A stretch of 64,000 nt of DNA from Thermotogota bacterium (GTDB lineage: Bacteria; Thermotogota; Thermotogae; MWEM01). The DNA lies in NCBI GenBank assembly GCA_036743375.1, contig DAINPP010000009.1, positions 1,030 through 65,029 on the forward strand, given 5' to 3'. Below are positions 57,571 through 64,000 of the stretch, one piece after another. Position numbers and translations under genes: made by a program. The notes below the pieces were generated by a model. That model did no database searches and was not told where the DNA came from. It saw only the letters and a list, made by a program, of their open reading frames with translations. The first letter of the stretch is position 1. Every line of letters starts with the position of its first letter.

Positions 57571-58488
57571 ATGAATAAATTTTTAAAATACGTGGGCTCT
57601 CTGTTCGTATTAATACTTCTCGCGGTGTTCTTTTCCGGTTGTGATGGAATGCTGAGAAAAGAGGAATCGTTTGAATCTTCCTTTCATATAACCAACAATA
57701 CCGACTATTCCCTATTGGATGTGGATTCACGAAATGGATCAATCGAGGTTATCCCGTGGAACGAAAACTTTTTTAAGATAGAAGGTAAAAAGTTTATTCA
57801 GGGAAGCGGCAACCTGGACGAATTGATAGAAAAAGTACAGATCAGGGAAAAAGAGATCGGATCGGTTATTCGGATTTATATCGATTTTCCGGAGAGCAAT
57901 AATTTCCTCAAAAATACCAGCTACGGGGCCAATCTCACGATTAGTGTACCGACTGACATCTTCAGTTCTCTCGAAAAGATCGATCTAGATTCATCAAATG
58001 GCCCTGTTTACCTCTCCAGTTTCACAGGAAGTATAGTGGCGGATACCTCAAACAGTTCGATGAAATTTGAAGGCTGCACCGGAGACCTCAAGGCAAAAAG
58101 TACGAATGGATCTATCTCACTGAATAACGTAAAAGGTCAGATAGATGTGACTACGAGTAACGCCTCCATTCAGTTGAACGATTGTTTTCTTACCGGTTCA
58201 TCCAACCACTTCCAAACTACCAATGGATCCATCGACGGGGATTTCACCCCCCCTTTATCCGGTAACACAACCTTCAGTACCAGTAACAGCTGGGTCACAC
58301 TCAGGGTGCCATCTATCTCAAACATCAACTTCTCCGCAAGAACAAGTAACGGCTCCATATCCACTGAAAATCTCCTTGTAAAATTGACCCAGGACTCAAA
58401 AAACAGTAAAAACGGGATGGTCAACGAAGGTGGGGCAAAGATAGATATCAAATCCTCAAATGGAAACGTAAAGATCATCGGAGAATAA
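57571..58488 (+). CDS. DUF4097-type beta-strand-repeat lipoprotein
   Basis: Lipobox FSGC; about eight repeats of the form (T/S)(S/T)N(G/S/A)x(I/V/M). Confidence 0.85.
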   Translation: MNKFLKYVGSLFVLILLAVFFSGCDGMLRKEESFESSFHITNNTDYSLLDVDSRNGSIEVIPWNENFFKIEGKKFIQGSGNLDELIEKVQIREKEIGSVIRIYIDFPESNNFLKNTSYGANLTISVPTDIFSSLEKIDLDSSNGPVYLSSFTGSIVADTSNSSMKFEGCTGDLKAKSTNGSISLNNVKGQIDVTTSNASIQLNDCFLTGSSNHFQTTNGSIDGDFTPPLSGNTTFSTSNSWVTLRVPSISNINFSARTSNGSISTENLLVKLTQDSKNSKNGMVNEGGAKIDIKSSNGNVKIIGE

Positions 58489-58495
58489 AATGGAC

Positions 58496-58522
58496 TAAAG
58501 TTTCTAAATACCATTCCGATAA
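58496..58522 (+). promoter_or_regulatory. Sigma28 (FliA) promoter
   Basis: TAAA (58496-58499), exactly 15 nt, TCCGATAA (58515-58522), upstream of flgM. Confidence 0.85.
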
Positions 58523-58582
58523 CTGGTTGTAACGAATTGAATTTAAAGGGGTTAGGGTAAAGTGATACCCTGGAGGTGTATT

Positions 58583-58864
58583 ATGATTGATTCTGGTGGG
58601 ATCAACAGGATAAATCCTGCGGATTATATTAATCAGATAAAGCAGACGAACAAGGTACAAAAACCGGAGACTCAAGCGGCGGATGATTCTATCTTCAAGA
58701 CGGAGAATCTTGAAAAGAGTGCCGGTATCAAATCCATGCTGAAAGAGGCTGAGCGTATTCCTGAAGTCAGGGAAAAGCTGGTCAACCATTTCCGTGAACT
58801 CATCAGAAATGATGCTTACAATACGGATACCGATAAAATTCTGAATAAAATCCTTGGAGAATGA
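58583..58864 (+). CDS. flgM: Anti-sigma28 factor FlgM
   Basis: SD GGAGGT then ATG 58583; C-terminus IPEVREKLV....LIRNDAY..D...I..KIL; downstream of a sigma28 promoter and upstream of flgN. Confidence 0.75.
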   Translation: MIDSGGINRINPADYINQIKQTNKVQKPETQAADDSIFKTENLEKSAGIKSMLKEAERIPEVREKLVNHFRELIRNDAYNTDTDKILNKILGE

Positions 58865-58877
58865 ACGGGGGACTAAA

Positions 58878-59366
58878 GTGAAGGAACTTGACGATTTACG
58901 AGATCATATTGAAGCCCTTATAGTACTTTTCGATGAGTATAAGGGACTTTTGTCCGAAAAGGAGCAGACACTTATCAGCGGAGAATATGATGAACTGAAC
59001 GAGATAACGCATGAAGAGGAAATAATGGTTATATCCATTGACTCGGCCGAAAGGAAGAGAGATGAGTTATCGGGATTACTCTGCGATGCTTTGCATATCG
59101 ACAGAGGTTCCTCAGTTTCAGATATTGCGGAGTCTCTCGGTGAAGAAGAGGGAACGAAGTTTATGCTGGTCATCGCAAAACTGCTCGAATGTCTTCAGGA
59201 GATCAGTTATCTTCATTATAACATAGAAAGGATGATCACCTTCCAGTTGAAAAATATCAGGTTGCTGACCGATACGGCAACCGGTCAGGAAAGGATCAAC
59301 ACATACAACGTCAAAGGAAAATATCAGCAGGACATCCAGAAAAAGATGTTCAACGGTAAAGGATAG
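58878..59366 (+). CDS. flgN: Flagellar export chaperone FlgN
   Basis: Helical, LL.EKEQ.LI......L..I..EEE pattern, C-terminal TY...G; position between flgM and a hook-associated protein gene. Confidence 0.75.
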   Translation: MKELDDLRDHIEALIVLFDEYKGLLSEKEQTLISGEYDELNEITHEEEIMVISIDSAERKRDELSGLLCDALHIDRGSSVSDIAESLGEEEGTKFMLVIAKLLECLQEISYLHYNIERMITFQLKNIRLLTDTATGQERINTYNVKGKYQQDIQKKMFNGKG

Positions 59367-59386
59367 AATCTGAAGGAGAGTCGCCT

Positions 59387-60280
59387 ATGAGAATAAATCA
59401 CACGATGCTTCACAACAAGATACTGCAGGATATAACGAACGACTATAAGAAAGTTGCAAGACTTCACGAAGAGGGGACGACCGGTTTAAAAGTCATCTAT
59501 CCGTCCGATGATGCGATCGTTGCAACGAGGGCATCCAACGCCAATTCAAGGGTGAGGGAGATGGAGCAGTATAAGAGAAACGGCAACACGGTCAGTACTT
59601 ATCTCGATCTGTACGATAGCGTTACTCAGGAGATGTCATCACTCGCTACGAATATCAGAGAATTGACTGTAAAAGGGGCTAACGACTCGATGACGCCAAC
59701 CGACAGGGAAAGCATTGCCCAGGAGATAGACAAGATCAAGGATCATATGATACAGCTTGCCAATACGAACGTCGGTGGGGAATACATCTTTGCCGGAGCC
59801 GATGCCGCAAATCCGCCGGTCGCAGACGACGGGACCATTACGATGGAAACGAAGGCCAATGTCAAACAGAGCACGAATCTTGGTGGCTATTCGTTCTCCT
59901 ACGGAGTAACGGTATACGACGAATTTGTCGTCGATGGAAACGAAAGCGTGTTCAACCTGTTAGAAAATATCTCAGAAAACCTCATGGAGGATAATCCGGA
60001 AAGTTATCTGAACGATATAGCGCTTGAAAAACTGGAACGGTTCGAGTACAACCTTCAGCGAATGACCTCTGAGAATGGATCCTCTCAGAAATTCCTCGAA
60101 ATGTCCGTCAACCGATTTGAAGAATACACCAATTTCTTGACCGACTACGTTTCAAAGGAACAGGATGCCGATTTTCTTGAAACTTATACTAATCTCACAA
60201 ATCAGCAGACGATCCTTGATGCGGCGTTAAAAACAGGTAGCAGCGTTATGACCAAATCATTGGTAGATTTCGTTTCATAG
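59387..60280 (+). CDS. flgL: Flagellar hook-associated protein 3
   Basis: MRINH, TGLKVIYPSDD, ELTVKGAND, IQLAN...GEYIFAG, C-terminal flagellin-type helix. Confidence 0.92.
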   Translation: MRINHTMLHNKILQDITNDYKKVARLHEEGTTGLKVIYPSDDAIVATRASNANSRVREMEQYKRNGNTVSTYLDLYDSVTQEMSSLATNIRELTVKGANDSMTPTDRESIAQEIDKIKDHMIQLANTNVGGEYIFAGADAANPPVADDGTITMETKANVKQSTNLGGYSFSYGVTVYDEFVVDGNESVFNLLENISENLMEDNPESYLNDIALEKLERFEYNLQRMTSENGSSQKFLEMSVNRFEEYTNFLTDYVSKEQDADFLETYTNLTNQQTILDAALKTGSSVMTKSLVDFVS

Positions 60281-60314
60281 TCGGTCGAAATAAAAAATAA
60301 AGTATTGCGTAGTG

Positions 60315-60345
60315 CAGGGAAGGTCGGATCAATCGACCTTCCCTG
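60315..60345. terminator. Hairpin terminator between convergent genes
   Basis: CAGGGAAGGTCG-7 nt-CGACCTTCCCTG 12-bp perfect stem. Confidence 0.7.
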
Positions 60346-60367
60346 TGTTGTTGCTGCCCTATCAGCT

Positions 60368-60835
60368 TTACTGCTGCTCTGTCAGCGAAAGGAAAAATTT
60401 ATCACCGGTATTCTGGCAATCTATCCGGATGATCGAAAAAGCCGTTCTGAACGCGGCGGACCCTTTTTTTCCATTTTTCATGATTCGGTGATACGTCTGC
60501 AGGACCTGTTCGTTCAGATAAAAAAGGCCATTTCGATGAAGCCAGAACGTGATCAGCAGTTCCGTATCCGAATTTCTCCTGAGTAAAGGTGGATTATCCT
60601 GTTCTATAGTAATATTGCTCATTTCAGGCACATAATACATATCGACAGTTCCCCCCATCGCGGAATAATGATACATTGTTTTATAAACCACGTTGGCATT
60701 ATCGATATAACTGTAATACTCCAATCCGTAATCGGTCCATATGTCGAGTATCCCATCGTTTATATAAAACGAAAAAACCATCAGTGGAAACAGAAGTGTA
60801 ATCAGCAGCAGAATTTTTACTCTCAAAATTTTCAC
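60368..60835 (-). CDS. Hypothetical exported protein
   Basis: Open frame with signal-peptide-like start (GTG 60835: MKILRVKILLLITLLFPLMVFS); no family recognised. Confidence 0.5.
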   Translation of the reverse strand: MKILRVKILLLITLLFPLMVFSFYINDGILDIWTDYGLEYYSYIDNANVVYKTMYHYSAMGGTVDMYYVPEMSNITIEQDNPPLLRRNSDTELLITFWLHRNGLFYLNEQVLQTYHRIMKNGKKGSAAFRTAFSIIRIDCQNTGDKFFLSLTEQQ

Positions 60836-60951
60836 ACCTTGATCAAAATGTAGATTATATATTTCTATAAAACCTCTACTTATTATATCAGATTTTTTCA
60901 TGTTATAATTAACTATAAATGCTGTATACAGTTTGAAAGGAATTGATTAAA

Positions 60952-61713
60952 ATGAAGATTTTAATTACCAATGATGACGGGATCATGGCAGAAGGCATAT
61001 TCTGCCTTAAGAGGTATCTGACGGAAGCGGGACATGAGGTCATCGTATCCGCCCCCGCGACGGAGCAGAGTGCCACCGGACATGCAATTACCTTGAGAAA
61101 ACCCCTGTGGGCAGAAAAGACAGACCGTGAAGGAGAATTCTTCGGTTATGGTGTAACGGGAACACCCGCAGACAGTGTGAAGATCGGAATACTGGAGTTT
61201 GCCAAGAGAGATATAGATATCGTCATATCGGGTATCAATAAAGGGGCCAATCTCGGCACGGACATCCCCTATTCCGGAACCGTATCAGGTGCGCTTGAAG
61301 GGGCTATTATGGGATATCCGGCGATTGCCATCTCCAGCTTAAACCCAAGGGATTCCCACTTTGAAACAGCCGCAAGATTTCTGACGGAATTTCTTGAGAC
61401 CTTTGATATCAAATCGATCAAACCGTTCGGCGCCTTGAACATCAATGTGCCATCTATACCCTATCATGAGTTGAAAGGGTATAAGCTCACCCGTCAGAGT
61501 GCAAGAAGATTTGACGATTATTTTGAAAAGAGAAAAGATCCCTATGGAAATGATTATTTCTGGCTGATGGGAACTATAAAGGATGAAGAACTGCCTGAAG
61601 ACAGTGACTGGGCCGCAATCAGGGAAAATTACGTTTCAATTACACCGTTGACGGTATTTATGTGCGATTGTGACTGGTTTAATGAAATAAAGAACTATCG
61701 AAAGGATGATTGA
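60952..61713 (+). CDS. surE: 5'/3'-nucleotidase SurE
   Basis: MKILITNDDG, QSATGHAIT, GTPADSV, SGINKGANLG, YSGTVSGALEG. Confidence 0.97.
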   Translation: MKILITNDDGIMAEGIFCLKRYLTEAGHEVIVSAPATEQSATGHAITLRKPLWAEKTDREGEFFGYGVTGTPADSVKIGILEFAKRDIDIVISGINKGANLGTDIPYSGTVSGALEGAIMGYPAIAISSLNPRDSHFETAARFLTEFLETFDIKSIKPFGALNINVPSIPYHELKGYKLTRQSARRFDDYFEKRKDPYGNDYFWLMGTIKDEELPEDSDWAAIRENYVSITPLTVFMCDCDWFNEIKNYRKDD

Positions 61714-62229
61714 ATGGAATACAAACTCAGATATTACGGAGATCCGATATTGAGAAAGAAGACCGAAAAGATAACGGATTTCGGAGAAGAATTACAAAAA
61801 CTGATTGAAGATATGGTTCGACTCATGTATGCGGAAGATGGAGCCGGGCTTGCCGGCCCTCAAGTGGGTGTCAGTAAAAGTCTGTTTGTCGGAGACGATA
61901 ATTCGGGTGATGGCTGGAAGGCCTATATTAACCCTGAAATCCTCGACTTCTCAGATGAAAAGGAAGTTGCCGAGGAAGGTTGTCTTTCCGTTCCGGATAT
62001 CTTTGAGAATGTGGAAAGGGCAAAAGAAGTACGGATCAGATACAATGATCCGGAAGGCAACGTGCATGAAGAAACACTGAGCAGTTACAAGGCAAGGATC
62101 GTACAACATGAAACGGATCATCTGAATGGAATCCTGTTCATCGATCATCTCAGTACCTTAAAAAGAAGACTCTTAAAGAAAAAGTTGGATTTCATAAAAA
62201 GGATGGCGAAGGAAAATACCAATGAATGA
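61714..62229 (+). CDS. def: Peptide deformylase
   Basis: GAGLAGPQVG, EGCLS, QHETDHLNG. Confidence 0.97.
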   Translation: MEYKLRYYGDPILRKKTEKITDFGEELQKLIEDMVRLMYAEDGAGLAGPQVGVSKSLFVGDDNSGDGWKAYINPEILDFSDEKEVAEEGCLSVPDIFENVERAKEVRIRYNDPEGNVHEETLSSYKARIVQHETDHLNGILFIDHLSTLKRRLLKKKLDFIKRMAKENTNE

Positions 62230-63190
62230 TGAAATCAAGGCAAAAAAAGAGATGAGAATCGTATTCATGGGAACACCGGATTTTTCAGCGTATCATCTTC
62301 AAAGCCTCATCGATGCGGGGTATAACATTGTCGGTGTCTTTTCACAACCGGATAAGATTTCAGGTAGAGGGGGAAAAACGAGACCGACCCCGGTCAAAGT
62401 TACGGCAATGAACGCGGGGATTGATGTTTTTCAGCCTAAGTCGGTCAACCTGAAGCAGGGTTTTTCTCTTCTTGAGCAACTGAAGCCGGATGTAATTATA
62501 GTCGTCGCATTCGGTAAAATCCTGAAGGATAAGGTCATTTCACTTCCCGGTATGGGCATTTACAACGTTCACGCCTCTCTTCTTCCTGCATACAGAGGAG
62601 CCGCTCCCATACAGCGTTCGATTGAACAGGGCGATGAAAGGACCGGCGTGGCTATCATGAAGATCGCCACTGAACTCGATGCCGGAGATGTGGCAAAGAT
62701 GTCTGAAGTTTCCATAGAACCGGCTGATAACTTTGAAACCGTCCACGACAAACTGCAGGAAGCCGGTGCCACGCTACTGATTGATTTTCTCGAAGAATTG
62801 AGAACCGGTACCGTTTCCTTCAGGAAACAGGCACATGAGAAGGCAACCTATGCGGCCAAGATAGAAAAGGGTGAATTGATTCTTGACTGGACCGAAACCG
62901 CGGAGAAACTGCATAACAAGATCAGGGCATTCGATCCCGTTCCCTGTGCGAGGACGCTGCTTGACGGCCAAACGGTAAAACTTAAAGGCTCTCTCGCAAC
63001 CGAAAAGGGAGATGACACAGCTGTTCCCGGTACAATCCTTGACATAACAAAAAAAGGGGCATGGATTCAATGTGGAAGTGGAAAGATCCTTATTAAAGAT
63101 ATACAGCTGCCGTCAAAACAGTTTACGACGTTTCAGGAGGCCAAAAACGGTAGAAAAATAGAGATAGGGAAGTGTTTTGACCGTGTATAA
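62222..63190 (+). CDS. fmt: Methionyl-tRNA formyltransferase
   Basis: IVFMGTPDF, SQPD, VVAFG, NVHASLLP.YRGAAPIQ, LDAGD. Confidence 0.97.
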   Translation: MNDEIKAKKEMRIVFMGTPDFSAYHLQSLIDAGYNIVGVFSQPDKISGRGGKTRPTPVKVTAMNAGIDVFQPKSVNLKQGFSLLEQLKPDVIIVVAFGKILKDKVISLPGMGIYNVHASLLPAYRGAAPIQRSIEQGDERTGVAIMKIATELDAGDVAKMSEVSIEPADNFETVHDKLQEAGATLLIDFLEELRTGTVSFRKQAHEKATYAAKIEKGELILDWTETAEKLHNKIRAFDPVPCARTLLDGQTVKLKGSLATEKGDDTAVPGTILDITKKGAWIQCGSGKILIKDIQLPSKQFTTFQEAKNGRKIEIGKCFDRV

Positions 63191-63191
63191 G

Positions 63192-63938
63192 ATGAAAATG
63201 AGTTATTCCAAACTCACAACATTCGAGCAATGTCCACTTAAATTCAAGTTTCAGTATATCAACCGTTTTCCGACAAGTTCAAGTCCCGCGTTACTGCTCG
63301 GGCAGACCATACACAGTGCGCTGGATAAATATTTCTCCTTTTCTGAAGACCGGCGTTCACTCACAATTCTTAAAAACCTGTTCAGAAGTGAGTGGAAAAC
63401 GGAAAGAAACAAACTCAGAGAACAGGGTAGCCTTGAGATGGATAAAGAAACAGAGGTTGAACACGGAAAACGCGGTCTGATCATGCTCGAGAACTTTTAC
63501 AGTAGTAGTCTTAACTTTGAGCCCGTCCAGCGGGAAGAGTTCATCGAGGCGGATCTGAAAGATGACATGCCGTTTCTCGGAAGGATAGACAGACTGGATA
63601 AGGTGCGCATAGATGGCGTGGAAGGCTATAAAGTCGTCGATTATAAAACGGGAAAGCTGAGTGAAAGGTTCATAGACTTTATCCAGCTCTTCACCTATGC
63701 CTGGCTCATGAACGAACAGGGGCACAAGGTCATCGCCTCCTCGTTTTATTATCTCGAACAGAATAAGCTCATAGAAAAACCGCTGACAGAGGAAATCTAC
63801 GAACAGACGAGAAACAAGCTGATCGAAAAATGTATTCCTGTTTACGAGGCACTGGAGACGGATACTTTTGATCCAAAGGAATCCGCACTCTGTCCCTATT
63901 GTGATTATATAAGGATGTGTCCTCTCAAGGAAGCATAA
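63192..63938 (+). CDS. PD-(D/E)XK nuclease, RecB/AddB-like, with 1+3 Cys Fe-S motif
   Basis: SYSKL..F.QCP, GQTIH, GRIDRLD, VVDYKTG, QL..Y, CPYCDY...C. ATG 63192 lies 1 nt after the fmt stop. Confidence 0.88.
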   Translation: MKMSYSKLTTFEQCPLKFKFQYINRFPTSSSPALLLGQTIHSALDKYFSFSEDRRSLTILKNLFRSEWKTERNKLREQGSLEMDKETEVEHGKRGLIMLENFYSSSLNFEPVQREEFIEADLKDDMPFLGRIDRLDKVRIDGVEGYKVVDYKTGKLSERFIDFIQLFTYAWLMNEQGHKVIASSFYYLEQNKLIEKPLTEEIYEQTRNKLIEKCIPVYEALETDTFDPKESALCPYCDYIRMCPLKEA

Positions 63939-63955
63939 CATGCTTCCTTGAGAGG
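63921..63955. repeat. Perfect 16-bp inverted repeat overlapping the nuclease stop codon
   Basis: CCTCTCAAGGAAGCAT-aac-ATGCTTCCTTGAGAGG. Confidence 0.9.
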
Positions 63956-64000
63956 CAGGAGTTTCTACTAAACTCCATCCTTCCATTTTACGAGGCATAT

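Noticed and set aside
63192-63938. Cas4 indicating a CRISPR locus
   Set aside because: No repeat-spacer array or other cas gene is in the window; the motifs fit the broader RecB-like nuclease family.
1-64000. rRNA, tRNA, IS/transposase, integrase, prophage, CRISPR array
   Set aside because: None was seen; nearly all sequence is accounted for by CDS, and the intergenic gaps show only terminators and operators.

Overview
A 64-kb, roughly 40-45% GC (by eye) chromosomal segment of an anaerobic bacterium, most likely Thermotogota. The evidence is a DrrA-like response regulator, surE-def adjacency, an Opp-family oligosaccharide transporter with a GH2 beta-mannosidase, and a GH130/ABC/LacI module, all recalled as Thermotoga-like and not database-checked. 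No rRNA, tRNA, CRISPR array, IS element or prophage is visible. The window holds three LacI-controlled carbohydrate modules (GH130, GH127/146, GH2), each with a recognisable operator. It also holds an MMPL-LolA-like export operon, signalling genes (three histidine kinases, HD-GYP, orphan response regulator), amino-acid biosynthesis genes, a sigma28-driven flgM-flgN-flgL unit lacking flgK, and surE-def-fmt-nuclease. Best candidates for undescribed biology: (1) the MMPL-LolA-like-[PhaR-like DNA-binding/SnoaL fusion]-DUF1330 cluster, whose promoter is bracketed by two near-identical 17-bp palindromes; (2) two large uncharacterised secreted proteins, one a six-hairpin-glycosidase-like multidomain protein, divergent from the GH130 operon and sharing its LacI operators; (3) an atypical transcarbamylase-aspartate kinase-DUF39 homocysteine-synthesis operon; (4) a GNAT-DUF501 fusion; (5) a stand-alone archaeal-type Hel308/Ski2 helicase; (6) an apparent ACG start codon. 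All family assignments come from motif recognition only; no searches were run.
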